From contig CBDBCR010000003.1 in NCBI GenBank assembly GCA_965203465.1, positions 192,001-256,000 of the forward strand: DNA of 64,000 bases. Reading direction: 5' to 3'. This stretch comes from Nitrosopumilaceae archaeon (GTDB taxonomy: Archaea; Thermoproteota; Nitrososphaeria; Nitrososphaerales; Nitrosopumilaceae). Positions 50,941-60,369 of the stretch are shown piece after piece; positions within the stretch are counted from its first letter, which is position 1; the number at the start of each line of letters is the position of its first letter. The notes beneath the pieces were generated by a model. The model did not search any database, was not told where the DNA came from, and saw only the letters and a program-made list of their open reading frames with translations. The position numbers and the translations under genes are program-made.

Positions 50941-51586
50941 CGGTTTATTATCGAGCCGGCGCGCGCGGGCTCGGTTGGATCCGCTCGCGGGCGCGCTCAA
51001 CGGCGCCGGGTTTGCAGTCGGCGCGGCCATAGGGGCCATATCGTTCGCCGGCTTCAGGAACACGGGCAGCCCCACGCTTCTCAGGCTGGCCGTGGCGTTC
51101 TCGGCGATAGGCGCGGGCTTTCTGCCCATCTGGGCCGGCGGCCTCGGCGCGCCCGGCTGGGTCGGCACGCTGGGCCTGGCCATGCAGGCGGTGGGGTACT
51201 TTTTCATCGCGTTCTCGCACAGCATGAAGGCGTTCCTCCCGCGGTCCGGCAGGCTCACGTCCGTCTATGCGCTGCCGCTGTTCCTCGGCTCGTACGTGCA
51301 GATGGGCCACATCGTCAGGTCGGTCTCCTTCATACTGCTGGCCTACGGGGCCATAGAGACGGTCCTTTCGTACATCGAGAACAGGAAGCCGGGCACCGCC
51401 ATGGTGGCGGCGGGCCTCGTGATGCTGGCCCTCGGCGAGTTCCTCTCGTGGTACTCGCTGGTCTATCCTGATTCCCCGCTGCTGCTGGCATCCGGCGCCG
51501 TCAAGATAGGCGGGCTGCTGGCCATATTCGTGCCCGTCAGCAGGGTGGCGCTGGCCGGGCGCGTGCGCGCGGGCCAAAAAGATTAG
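50888..51586 (+). CDS. Multi-pass membrane protein (true start probably ~50970)
   Basis: About 7 hydrophobic segments; adjacent to a wHTH gene. Confidence 0.65.
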   Translation: MRAAPRGSLPARWTSGTDGLLSSRRARARLDPLAGALNGAGFAVGAAIGAISFAGFRNTGSPTLLRLAVAFSAIGAGFLPIWAGGLGAPGWVGTLGLAMQAVGYFFIAFSHSMKAFLPRSGRLTSVYALPLFLGSYVQMGHIVRSVSFILLAYGAIETVLSYIENRKPGTAMVAAGLVMLALGEFLSWYSLVYPDSPLLLASGAVKIGGLLAIFVPVSRVALAGRVRAGQKD

Positions 51587-51646
51587 AGCGTCTTGTCAAC
51601 TTTTTTTGAGATCGGCGCTTATTTGGAGGGACGGGAAGCGTAACCC

Positions 51647-51928
51647 ATGGCCGAGCACAGGGCCCAGATAGAGGTGATAGGCGAGATACTCTCGACGGCC
51701 TCGGACCAGACCGAGGAGGGCGCCGGGGTCACCTCGCTGGTGAGGAACGCCAACGTCCCGCACGCGAGGATCTCGGGGGTGCTCGGCACGCTGGTCGCCC
51801 GCGGCCTGCTGGAGCGCTCGGCCGGCGGCAGCCACGCCAGGTACCGCATCAGCGTGTCGGGCCGGCAGTTCCTGCGCGAGTACCGCGCGTTCCGCGAGGT
51901 CGCCGACAGTTTCGGGCTGTCCATCTAG
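51647..51928 (+). CDS. Winged-helix transcriptional regulator
   Basis: HRAQIEVIGEIL...LVRNANV...LVARGLL...YRISVSGRQFL. Confidence 0.8.
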   Translation: MAEHRAQIEVIGEILSTASDQTEEGAGVTSLVRNANVPHARISGVLGTLVARGLLERSAGGSHARYRISVSGRQFLREYRAFREVADSFGLSI

Positions 51929-51961
51929 AATTAATACGGGCCGCGCGGCCGCGCGGGGAGG

Positions 51962-52543
51962 TTGGCAGAGACCGTCCCGTGCTCCGAGGCCGGGATCGAG
52001 AAGGCGCGCGGCGCGGTCGCGGGCGGCGGGGCGATCGTGTTCCCCACCGACACCGTCTACGGGCTGGGCTGCGATCCGTACAACCCGGCCGCGGTCGAAA
52101 AGGTGTACAGTATCAAGAACAGGCCCCGATCGAAGGGCCTGCCGGTGCTCGGCCTGCGGGCCCGCATCGAGGAGATCGCGGCCGTCGACGGCGTTGCGGC
52201 CCGGCTCGCGGAAAGGTTCTGGCCCGGCCCCGTCACGCTGGTCGTGCCGCTGCGCGATCCGAGGCTTGCCTGCACGCTCGGTTCCCGTACCGTGGCCGTG
52301 CGCGAGCCGTCGGGAAGATGCGCGCAGGCCGTGCTCGTGGCCTGCGGCCTGCTGGTCGGCACTAGCGCCAACGCCTCGGGCATGCCGGCGCCGGGTTCGG
52401 CCTCCGAGTGCGCGCTGGAGGGCCACGATCTTCTCATAGACGGCGGCCCGGCCGGCGGGGAGCCCTCCACGGTGGCAGACTGCACCAGCGGCAAGATACT
52501 GCGGCGCGGCGCTTCCGCAAAAGAGGTCGAGCGCATGCTTTGA
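51962..52543 (+). CDS. sua5: L-threonylcarbamoyladenylate synthase (Sua5/TsaC)
   Basis: FPTDTVYGLG, IKNRP, FWPGPVT, TSANASG, PSTV. Confidence 0.92.
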   Translation: MAETVPCSEAGIEKARGAVAGGGAIVFPTDTVYGLGCDPYNPAAVEKVYSIKNRPRSKGLPVLGLRARIEEIAAVDGVAARLAERFWPGPVTLVVPLRDPRLACTLGSRTVAVREPSGRCAQAVLVACGLLVGTSANASGMPAPGSASECALEGHDLLIDGGPAGGEPSTVADCTSGKILRRGASAKEVERML

Positions 52544-53061
52544 ACGTCATAGTCACGTGCCCGCGCCGCTTCGAGCCCGAGGCCGGCCAAGAGGCCTCGC
52601 GCATGCTCGCAAAGTCCGGCATCGGCGTCAGCCGCGTGGAGGCGACGGGCATGCCCGGCATACTCGTGCTGCAGGCAGACTCGGATCCGGTCAGAGCCGT
52701 GGCCGCCATGGCCGAGGCCGTGGCCGACGAGCCCTGGTCTGCCAGGTACGTGCAGAGGGCCATACCCGTGCAGGAGAGCGTGCCTGCCGGCGAGCAGGAG
52801 ATAGTGGGCGCGGCCGTGCGCCTCGCCTCCCGCATAGGGCCCGGCAGCGCGTACAGGGTCACGGTCGAAAAGCGCCGCACGTCCCTGTCGGCGCGCGCCC
52901 TCATATCCGGCATAGCCGGGGAGCTGGACAGGAAAGTCAGCCTGGACGAGCCCGACTACGTGGTGATGGTCCAGATACTCGGCCCCGAGGCGGGCGTCTC
53001 GGTGATAAGGCCCGGCGACGTGCTGCGCACGGCCCTGGCCAAAATGTCAGAGGACAGCTGA
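52540..53061 (+). CDS. THUMP domain RNA-binding protein
   Basis: MNVIVTCPRRFE...YRVTVEKR...KVSLDEPDYVVMVQILG. Confidence 0.85.
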   Translation: MNVIVTCPRRFEPEAGQEASRMLAKSGIGVSRVEATGMPGILVLQADSDPVRAVAAMAEAVADEPWSARYVQRAIPVQESVPAGEQEIVGAAVRLASRIGPGSAYRVTVEKRRTSLSARALISGIAGELDRKVSLDEPDYVVMVQILGPEAGVSVIRPGDVLRTALAKMSEDS

Positions 53062-53817
53062 CAGCTCGGCAAGCGAATCTTCGAGCGGCGTGCTCGACGA
53101 GGCGGCCCCCAGGTGCCTGCGCGTTATGCCGAACCTGCGCCGCAGGTAGGCGCCGGCCGAGCGCGAGTACCCGCAGTCGCGCATCCCCGATCGTTGGAGG
53201 CCCGCCGAAAGCCCGTCTAGGTCGCGCCCGCGCCCCAGCGCGACCAGCACGAACCCGCTACCCGGCTTTACGCCGGCCTCGCTTATGGCGCGCGAGATCT
53301 GCGTCGTGATGGCAAAGCGCAGCAGCATCTCGGTCTCCAGCCTTTCCGAGATCATGGTCCCGCGCCGCTCCGCCTCGGCTGCCAGCAGCAGGATCTTGCG
53401 CAGGTGGCCGCCGCCCAGCACCATCATGGAGCGGACCGCCTGCAGGCGCAGGCGCGGGTGCTCCAGGCGCAGCCGGTCCAGGAACTCGGGCCCCAGCCGG
53501 GCCCGCCCGCTCACGCAGATCCAGAGCGCGCCGTATTTTCCGACCGGCGCGCGCGAGCCGCCGTGCACCACCGGTATGACCGCCACGTCGTCGCCCGGCG
53601 CGACGGGGCACTCGGGGCCCCCGCGCGCGGACGAATCCGCGCCGTTGACGGCCACGAGAACCGACGAAGAATCCACGCGCGCGCCCGACTTGCGCATGCC
53701 CTCCAGGCGCTCCAGCAGTTCCCCGACAGTCCGGGGCGCCGGATCTACTGTCACGGTCTCGGATCCGAACGCCGCCCGGGCGCCGCCCAAGAGGCGCACG
53801 CGCAGCTCAGGGCTCAT
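53047..53817 (-). CDS. MoaD/ThiS (SAMP-like) ubiquitin-fold domain fused to KEOPS subunit Cgi121
   Basis: LVAVNG...GDDVAVIPVVHGG followed in frame by ...ETEMLLRFAITTQISRAISEAG (Cgi121 motif). Confidence 0.8.
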   Translation of the reverse strand: MSPELRVRLLGGARAAFGSETVTVDPAPRTVGELLERLEGMRKSGARVDSSSVLVAVNGADSSARGGPECPVAPGDDVAVIPVVHGGSRAPVGKYGALWICVSGRARLGPEFLDRLRLEHPRLRLQAVRSMMVLGGGHLRKILLLAAEAERRGTMISERLETEMLLRFAITTQISRAISEAGVKPGSGFVLVALGRGRDLDGLSAGLQRSGMRDCGYSRSAGAYLRRRFGITRRHLGAASSSTPLEDSLAELSAVL

Positions 53818-54649
53818 CCGCCGGGGCCTCTGGTTCGGGCTCGCGGGTCTTGCAAAACTGCTCGGCGTCGACGATCGAGAGCGTCCCGCCCGTCTCCTCC
53901 GAGGCGCGCTGCGCAAAGGCCAGCAGGTTGCCGTCGCCCGAGACTATCGTCACGCGCGAGGATTCGGACTGCTTCATGGCCGCCGCGAGCAGGTCCCTGT
54001 CGGCCGCGGCGGCCGCGTACAGGCGCTCCAGATCCTGGTCCTTGTCCTGGCCGCTCATCGACTTTAGCTCCAGCCACCGCCCGGCCTGCTCGGATTCTGC
54101 GTCGTCTAGCGCAGACCTGTGCATGTCTTCGGCCTTTTTGAGGTGGGCCGCGCCGGGCCTGAGCCTCGTGAACAGGCCCTTGCGCCCCTCGAATATGGCC
54201 GACAGTATAGAGCGCAGCTCCGAGGGCGGCACGCGGTCGCGCAGGTCCGAGTGCGCCGCCATCCACACCTCGAGCTCTTCGCACACGGTGTCCGGTATCG
54301 TTATGCGCCTGCCGGCGCCGGCGGCCGGATCGGCCAGGGCCACCGGGCGGCCCGAGACGTGGTCGAGCACGGGGCCGTGGAGCACGTCGGCGTCGAGTAT
54401 CACGAGCGTCTCGCGCGCGGCCGACTTTGCCCTGGCCGCCTGGCTGCGCTCCTGCTCTTCGGATTCCTTCTGGCGCCGCAGCTCGCGCCTGACCATGCGC
54501 GTGATGAGGCCGGCCATGCAGTTGCGCAGCTTTTTGGATCTGATCACCGAGACCTGCTGCAGCGCCTTTTTGTTGTCGGCAAAGTCGCCGCCAAACTCGG
54601 AGCGGTGCCCCTCGAGCACCTCCTCGCAGAGGCGCCGAACCCTGTTCAA
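53807..54649 (-). CDS. rps17e: 30S ribosomal protein eS17 fused to C-terminal PIN domain
   Basis: FGGDFADNKKALQQVSVIRSKKLRNCMAGLITR (eS17), then VILDADVL, IPDTVCEEL, ADRDLL, IVSGDGNL (PIN). TTG start overlaps the TatD stop. Confidence 0.8.
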   Translation of the reverse strand: MNRVRRLCEEVLEGHRSEFGGDFADNKKALQQVSVIRSKKLRNCMAGLITRMVRRELRRQKESEEQERSQAARAKSAARETLVILDADVLHGPVLDHVSGRPVALADPAAGAGRRITIPDTVCEELEVWMAAHSDLRDRVPPSELRSILSAIFEGRKGLFTRLRPGAAHLKKAEDMHRSALDDAESEQAGRWLELKSMSGQDKDQDLERLYAAAAADRDLLAAAMKQSESSRVTIVSGDGNLLAFAQRASEETGGTLSIVDAEQFCKTREPEPEAPADEP

Positions 54650-55419
54650 CGCGCCGCGCGCCTGCCGGGGCCTTTTATACGTATGGAGGGGTCGAAGCCC
54701 AGGTAGCGCTCGGAGTTGGCGCGCAGCAGCCCGCGCATCCGCTCGTAGCTCAGCCCGAGCTTGCTCGCGGCGCGCAGCGCCACGCTGTGCGCAAAGCAGG
54801 GGCGCGCGGGCCGGCCCCCGAAGCAGTGCGAGAACCCGACCGGCCCGTCGGTCTCGACCAGCACCCGGTCGGGGTCGGCGCGCGCGAGCAGCGCCTGCTT
54901 TTCCCCCGCGTACAGCAGCAGCGGCCCGAACGAGACGAAGCACCCCGCGTCCATGGCCGCGGCAAGCTGCCGCTTGCTCCCGTCGAACCAGTGCAGCAGC
55001 ACGCCGCGCAGCGAGTACGACGGGAGCGCGGCGAGCACCCCGTCGAGCGCCTTGCGCGAATGGACCGAGACGGGCAAGCCCAGCCTTTCGGCGCACGAGA
55101 GCATCTGCCCGAACACCTCTTCCTGCCTGGCCGCGCCGGCGCCGTAGGACGGATCCAGGCCCACCTCGCCTACGCCCGAGGCCGAGCTTGCCATCTCGAT
55201 CACCGGGCCCGGGTCGGAGCCGGCCGCGGACGGGTGCACGCCGACGAACGGCACCACGTTGCCGCTGCGCGAGGCAAGCTCCAGGGTGGCGCGCGAGTCG
55301 GCCTCGCACGTAGAGACGCAGCAGGCCACGGTGCCCGTCCCTTCCAGGCAGGCAAGCTCGCGGGCCGGCTCGTACAGCCCGTCCGAAAGGTGCACGTGCG
55401 AATCCATCAGCCACCCCAT
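54646..55419 (-). CDS. tatD: TatD family nuclease
   Basis: DSHVHL, GVHP, GEVGLD, VHSR, HWF, VETDGP. Confidence 0.92.
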   Translation of the reverse strand: MGWLMDSHVHLSDGLYEPARELACLEGTGTVACCVSTCEADSRATLELASRSGNVVPFVGVHPSAAGSDPGPVIEMASSASGVGEVGLDPSYGAGAARQEEVFGQMLSCAERLGLPVSVHSRKALDGVLAALPSYSLRGVLLHWFDGSKRQLAAAMDAGCFVSFGPLLLYAGEKQALLARADPDRVLVETDGPVGFSHCFGGRPARPCFAHSVALRAASKLGLSYERMRGLLRANSERYLGFDPSIRIKGPGRRAAR

Positions 55420-55481
55420 CGGCGCGGCGCGCCCGGCGCCCGGTTATAGGCGCTTTTATCGCTATGGCGCGATACGTGCGC

Positions 55482-55703
55482 GTGAAGGATTCGGAGCTTG
55501 GCGTCCCCGCCATGTACAGGATACTCAAAAAGTCCGGCGCCCCGAGGGTAAGCTCGGGCTCGGCCGAAGAGCTGCGCCGGATAACCGAAGAGGCCGCCAT
55601 GGCCGTCGCCGCCGAGGCGGTGCGCATGGCAAGGCACGCCAAGAGGAAGACGGTCATGGCCGAGGACGTGCGCGCGGCCGCCGGCTCGCCTAGGTTTAAG
55701 TGA
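55482..55703 (+). CDS. Archaeal histone
   Basis: RILKKSGAPRVS...ARHAKRKTVMAEDV histone-fold signature. Confidence 0.9.
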   Translation: MKDSELGVPAMYRILKKSGAPRVSSGSAEELRRITEEAAMAVAAEAVRMARHAKRKTVMAEDVRAAAGSPRFK

Positions 55704-55728
55704 AGCCCCCCTCCGGCGCGCGGCACGC

Positions 55729-55800
55729 GGTGAGGTGGCAGAACGGCTATGCGTGGGTCTGCAAAACCCATCCAAGGGGGTTCGACTCCCTCCCTCACCT
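55729..55800 (+). tRNA. tRNA-Cys(GCA), no intron, CCA not encoded
   Basis: Acceptor stem GGTGAGG/CCTCACC, anticodon arm TGGGT-CTGCAAA-ACCCA, T-loop GTTCGACTC. Confidence 0.95.
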
Positions 55801-55803
55801 TCC

Positions 55804-56301
55804 CTACCGCAGCGCCCTCTTGATGACCAGCGTCAGGACGGCCAGCGCCCACGCCGTGCCGGCAGAGAGCACCGCGATGCCGACGGGCCCGAGCGCGAGG
55901 CGCCACGACTCGTTGGCGTATCCTATGGCGCCGGTGACGGGCAGCTCGCCCGCGTCGTTGCGTATGATCAGCGTGTAGGTGCCAGCCTCCCCTATCTCAA
56001 AGTACTCGTCGACGGCCGCCGTGCCGACCGGCTCGGAGAGCAGCACGAACCCGCGCGGCCCGATCACGCGCACGTCGATGTCGCCCGCCTCGAAGCTGTT
56101 CTTCTCGACCAGTATGACGCCCGTCGTGTTGACGTCCGGGTCCAGGTGCGCGTGCACCTTGAGCAGCGGGAGGTACTTGCCGATGATTAGCGTGTTCTCG
56201 ACCAGCGCGTCGGACGTCGTGATGGAGCCGTACAGCCACAAGAGCAGCCCCCCGCAGATCATGGCCCCGGCGGCCAGGAGCATCGCGTTGTACGACAGCA
56301 C
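55804..56301 (-). CDS. Membrane protein with two TM helices flanking a beta-rich (GOLD-like) domain
   Basis: N- and C-terminal hydrophobic helices, GTYTLIIRN motif. Confidence 0.6.
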   Translation of the reverse strand: MLSYNAMLLAAGAMICGGLLLWLYGSITTSDALVENTLIIGKYLPLLKVHAHLDPDVNTTGVILVEKNSFEAGDIDVRVIGPRGFVLLSEPVGTAAVDEYFEIGEAGTYTLIIRNDAGELPVTGAIGYANESWRLALGPVGIAVLSAGTAWALAVLTLVIKRALR

Positions 56302-56386
56302 GGCCGGCCCCTCCTGCCCGCGTGGTTTAAGCTTTTCACGGCCCGCCCGCCCATCAGATAAATAGGAAAGCCGGGCCGGCGCCGGC

Positions 56387-56950
56387 GTGGGCCCGTGGAG
56401 GAGCGACTTTCTGGGCATAGCCTACAGGTACTACGACCTGAGGATGAACGCGGTGCCGCTCTTCGCGGAGCGCGCGCCTGCCGCCGAGGCGTGGCGCGAG
56501 ACGGTCAGGTGGTGGCCGGATCACGCCGTCAGGATGAGGTTCGTCGAGGACGGCGGCCACTACTGGTTCGTGCTCGGCTCGGACTCGCAGCGCCCCGAGT
56601 CCAACGCCGGCTTCGCCAAGAGGCTGGAAATGTCGGACAGCTACCGGCGGTTCAAAAATGGCCACGCCGGCGAGGCGTACCTGCGCTTCGGCACGTACAG
56701 GACGCTGTCCAAGGCCGACGCAAAGGACGACGCGCTGTGCGGCTGCGGCCACGAAAGGGCCGACCACGGCCTGGCGCGCGAGCAGGAGGACTGCCTGTAC
56801 GAGGACTGCGCGTGCGAAAAGTTCTCCACGTTCGAGGTAAGGCTGCTCAGGAAGAAAAAGACCGTCACCGACATTTCGTTCCTCGGGATGGACGGGGCCA
56901 GGGACGACGCGCTGGCCTGGAACTTTCTCAACTCGAAGGGCCTGGTCTAG
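56387..56950 (+). CDS. Conserved hypothetical protein with Cys/His cluster
   Basis: CGCGH...DH...C..EDCAC; host-like codon usage. Confidence 0.7.
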   Translation: MGPWRSDFLGIAYRYYDLRMNAVPLFAERAPAAEAWRETVRWWPDHAVRMRFVEDGGHYWFVLGSDSQRPESNAGFAKRLEMSDSYRRFKNGHAGEAYLRFGTYRTLSKADAKDDALCGCGHERADHGLAREQEDCLYEDCACEKFSTFEVRLLRKKKTVTDISFLGMDGARDDALAWNFLNSKGLV

Positions 56951-57099
56951 CCGTTCACGCGCGCGTGGTCGCCCGGGTAGTGCCGCGCTATCAGTTTCGA
57001 GTAGCAGCTCCCGCACAGCGGGCCGCTTGCGTCCCACCCCTCCATCGGCATGTACGTCTGCCGTATCCTGCCGCCGCACTCTGAGCATGTACTCGGCAC
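56947..57099 (-). CDS. Small Zn-finger protein (50 aa, below ORF-track cutoff)
   Basis: MPSTCSECGGRIRQTYMPMEGWDASGPLCGSCYSKLIARHYPGDHARVNG*. TTTTATA box upstream. Confidence 0.7.
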   Translation of the reverse strand: MPSTCSECGGRIRQTYMPMEGWDASGPLCGSCYSKLIARHYPGDHARVNG

Positions 57100-57164
57100 G
57101 GCGCGAGCGGCGCGGCGCGCGTATAAAAACCAAGAGATAAAACCGGGGGGGGAAGGCCCGCGCC

Positions 57165-58979
57165 ATGCGCGCGCTACTGTGCGCCGCGGCGCTCGCGGCG
57201 GCCGCCGTCCTGCCCGCCCACGCCGAGTGCGGCGGGGGCCTGCTCGAGATGGTCTCGGCGCGCGGCGGCGAGGCGTGCGTGAGCGCGCACTCGGCGCACA
57301 AGCTCGAAGGGCGGGGCTGGTCGCACGCGCCGCTCTCGGTCTCGGTGGTCGATACGATCACCGTCGCGAGCACCGCCGACTCGCTGCTGCCGTCGGACTC
57401 GGCGGTGACAAGGGTGCTCACGGGCAGGGGCGTGCCCGAAGAGATCGAGAGGAGGGTGCACGAGTCGTACTGGGCCACCAGGGACAGGATCAACATCCTG
57501 ACCGGCGCGGAGTCTGCATGGCTGGAGGAGAACCCCACCATCAGGGTGGCCTACGAGCACAACTGGCCGCCGCTAGAGTACGATCAGGGCGGCGGCATAG
57601 GCGGGCTGACCGCCGCGTACATCGAAAGGTTCGAAGAGTTCACCGGGGCCGAGTTCGTCCCCGTCAGATCCATGACCCTGACCGACGAGGCCCACAAGAT
57701 AGAGTCGGGCGAGGCCGACATGGCGTTCATGTCGGTGGACGAGGGCAAAAAGCGCGAATACATGTACTTTACCGAGTTCCACACGGCGCTCGCCTCCAAC
57801 CTGATCACGTACGGGCAGCGCGACGTGTCCGCAGATGATCTGCAGTCGGCCAGGATAGGGACCGTGCGCGGCGGCGAGATCGAGGAGTGGCTCGACACGC
57901 GCCACCGCGACGTCGAATACGTCTCGCTGCACGACCACGCGGCCGCGTTCGAGGCGCTCGAGGACGGCCGCATAGACGTGCTGGTAGACTCGTGGATAGT
58001 CGCGGAGCACATGGCCCTGCGGAGCGGCTTCGAGGGCCTGCACAACTCGGGGCCCGCCGGCCACGTATCGGAGATCTCGATCGGCTGCTCCAAAGAGGAC
58101 GCCGTGCTGTGCCGCATACTGGCCAAGGCACTCGAGTCGATACCCGACGAGGAGAGGGAGCGCATGCTCGTCGAGGCGATCGGCGGGTCGGCGGCCGACC
58201 AGGAGATCGCCGTGGCCGTCCACGAGGCGTACGCGGCCACCAAGCAGAGGGTGACCGAGCTGCTGGCCGAGGAAAGAGAGTGGCTGGCCGGCAGGGGGCA
58301 GATCAGCGTCGTGCACGAGGCCAACTGGCCGCCGCTGGAGTTCGTGGACGAGGACGGCGCGTTCGGCGGGCTGACCGGGATGTACGCGGACGCGTTCTCC
58401 GAGTTCGCGGGGGTCGAGTTCGTGCCGCACCGCGCCAATTCCTGGGCCGAGGGGGTGAACGAGCTGCACGCGGGCGATGCCGACATATCACTCATGATAA
58501 CCGAGACCGACGATCGGATAAAGTACATCGGGTTCACCGAGCCCCACACGGTCCTGTCGTACAGCATGATCACCCACGGGGAGGCGGAGCTCGGCCCCGA
58601 GGACATAGGCGGCGTGCTCCTGGGCACCATACGCGGGTACGGCATCGAGGAGTGGCTGGACATACACCATCCGGGCGTCGAATACGTCTCCATACACGGC
58701 CACCACCACGCGTTCGAGGCCCTCAAAGACGGCCGCATAGACGCCCTGGTCGAGATCTGGCCGGTGGTATCGCACATCGCGGACGATGCCGGCTTCGAGG
58801 GGCTGCACAACGCAGGTCCCATAGGCCACACGATGGACCTGGCCGTGGGGTACACCAAGACCGAGCCGGTGCTCGGAGACATCGTCGAAAAGGCGCTCGG
58901 ATCCATATCCGAAGACCGCAGGGAAGAGATGCTGGTAGAGGCCATACTGGCGCCGCACATCCGGGCGCGCGCAGAATAG
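57165..58979 (+). CDS. Secreted protein with two tandem type-2 substrate-binding (Venus flytrap, BvgS/EvgS-like) domains
   Basis: Duplicated LT..E..WL...I.V..E.NWPPLE...GGLT..Y...F...GTVRG...AFEAL.DGRID units. Confidence 0.8.
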   Translation: MRALLCAAALAAAAVLPAHAECGGGLLEMVSARGGEACVSAHSAHKLEGRGWSHAPLSVSVVDTITVASTADSLLPSDSAVTRVLTGRGVPEEIERRVHESYWATRDRINILTGAESAWLEENPTIRVAYEHNWPPLEYDQGGGIGGLTAAYIERFEEFTGAEFVPVRSMTLTDEAHKIESGEADMAFMSVDEGKKREYMYFTEFHTALASNLITYGQRDVSADDLQSARIGTVRGGEIEEWLDTRHRDVEYVSLHDHAAAFEALEDGRIDVLVDSWIVAEHMALRSGFEGLHNSGPAGHVSEISIGCSKEDAVLCRILAKALESIPDEERERMLVEAIGGSAADQEIAVAVHEAYAATKQRVTELLAEEREWLAGRGQISVVHEANWPPLEFVDEDGAFGGLTGMYADAFSEFAGVEFVPHRANSWAEGVNELHAGDADISLMITETDDRIKYIGFTEPHTVLSYSMITHGEAELGPEDIGGVLLGTIRGYGIEEWLDIHHPGVEYVSIHGHHHAFEALKDGRIDALVEIWPVVSHIADDAGFEGLHNAGPIGHTMDLAVGYTKTEPVLGDIVEKALGSISEDRREEMLVEAILAPHIRARAE

Positions 58980-59010
58980 GTTTATTTGCAAACGGCCGGC
59001 CCGCGCCGGC

Positions 59011-60369
59011 ATGGCCATACTGCCGATAGACTCGGGCAGGTACGGCACGCCCGAGATGCTCAGGGCGTTCGGCGCCGGGCGCAAGGTGGAGCTGCAGCTC
59101 TTGGTCGAGGCCGAGGTGGCCCGCGCGCAGGGCGCGCTGGGCGTAATACCGGAGCGGGCCGCGCGCCAGATAGCGGCCGCGGCGAGATCGGGGAGGGTCA
59201 CGCCGGCCTCGGTGGCCCGGATAGAAAGGAGGACCGACCACGACACGGCGGCCTTGGTGGAGGCGCTGGGCGCGCAGTGCCCGCCCGGGGCCCGGCCGTG
59301 GGTGCATTTCGGCCTGACCAGCAACGACCTGGTGGACACGAGCACGTCGATGCAGATGCGCGACGCGCTGGACATAATCGCGCCAAAGACGGCGAGGCTC
59401 GCCCTGGCGCTGGCGGGATCGGCCGAAAAGTACGCCCGGCTTCCGGCCGTCGGCAGGACGCACGGGCAGCACGCCAGCGTCATCTCGTTCGGGCTAAAGT
59501 TCGCAAACTGGGCGGCCGAGATGGCCCACCACCTGGAGCGCATCGGGCAGGCCAGGGAGCGCGTCTTGGTGTGCAAGACGCTCGGCGTGGTCGGCACCGG
59601 ATCCCTGATGGGCGCGCGCGCCGTCGATGTGCAGGCCGAGGTCGCGCGCAGGCTGGGCCTGCGGCCGGCCGGCGCCGCCACGCAGGTGGTCGCGCGCGAG
59701 AGGCACGCAGAGTACGTCTTCGCCCTAGCGCTGCTCGGCTCCACCCTGGACAAGATGGCCACCGAGGTGCGCAACCTGCAGAGGACCGAGATAGGCGAGG
59801 TCGCCGAGGCTTTCAGGAAGGGCCAGATGGGCAGCAGCGCCGTGCCCGTAAAGCGCAACCCCACCAAGAGCGAGCGCGTCTCTTCGCTCGCGCGCCTGCT
59901 CCGCTCGTGCGTGCAGGTCTCGCTGGAGAACGTGCCGCTGTGGCACGAGCGCGACCTTACCAACTCGGCCAACGAGAGGTTCACCCTGCCGACCGCCTCG
60001 ATACTCGCAGACGACATGGTCGGCTCCATGGCCTCGGTGGTCTCGAACCTGTCCGTCGACGAGGCGCGCGTCAGGGCCAACCTGGACGCGACAGGCGGGC
60101 AGATCTTCGCAGAGTTCGTGCTGGAGGCCATGGTGAGGAAGGGCGTTGCCCGCAGCTCCGCCTACAGGGACGTGCAGCGCGTGGCCTTCGAGGCGCGCGC
60201 CTCGGGCGCAAGGTTCCTCGACGCGCTGCTGCAAGACGGGGCCGTCTCCGGCGTGCTCGGGCCTGCCGAGCTGCGGCGCGTCTTTGATCCGGGCAGGCAC
60301 CTCGGCGCATCGGCCCGCATCATATCGGCGGCCGCGAGGTCTGCGCGCCGCGCCGCCGCAAGGACTTGA
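59011..60369 (+). CDS. purB: Adenylosuccinate lyase
   Basis: HFGLTSND, GRTHGQHA, GSSAVPVKRNP, WHERDLTNS. Confidence 0.93.
   Translation: MAILPIDSGRYGTPEMLRAFGAGRKVELQLLVEAEVARAQGALGVIPERAARQIAAAARSGRVTPASVARIERRTDHDTAALVEALGAQCPPGARPWVHFGLTSNDLVDTSTSMQMRDALDIIAPKTARLALALAGSAEKYARLPAVGRTHGQHASVISFGLKFANWAAEMAHHLERIGQARERVLVCKTLGVVGTGSLMGARAVDVQAEVARRLGLRPAGAATQVVARERHAEYVFALALLGSTLDKMATEVRNLQRTEIGEVAEAFRKGQMGSSAVPVKRNPTKSERVSSLARLLRSCVQVSLENVPLWHERDLTNSANERFTLPTASILADDMVGSMASVVSNLSVDEARVRANLDATGGQIFAEFVLEAMVRKGVARSSAYRDVQRVAFEARASGARFLDALLQDGAVSGVLGPAELRRVFDPGRHLGASARIISAAARSARRAAART

Noticed and set aside
55729-55810. tRNA-Cys as integration site of an island
   Set aside because: No integrase nearby and I saw no duplicated tRNA 3' end in the window.
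53807-55906. 699-aa ORF as one protein
   Set aside because: The 5' part overlaps tatD, the histone and the tRNA in other frames. The real start is TTG 54649.
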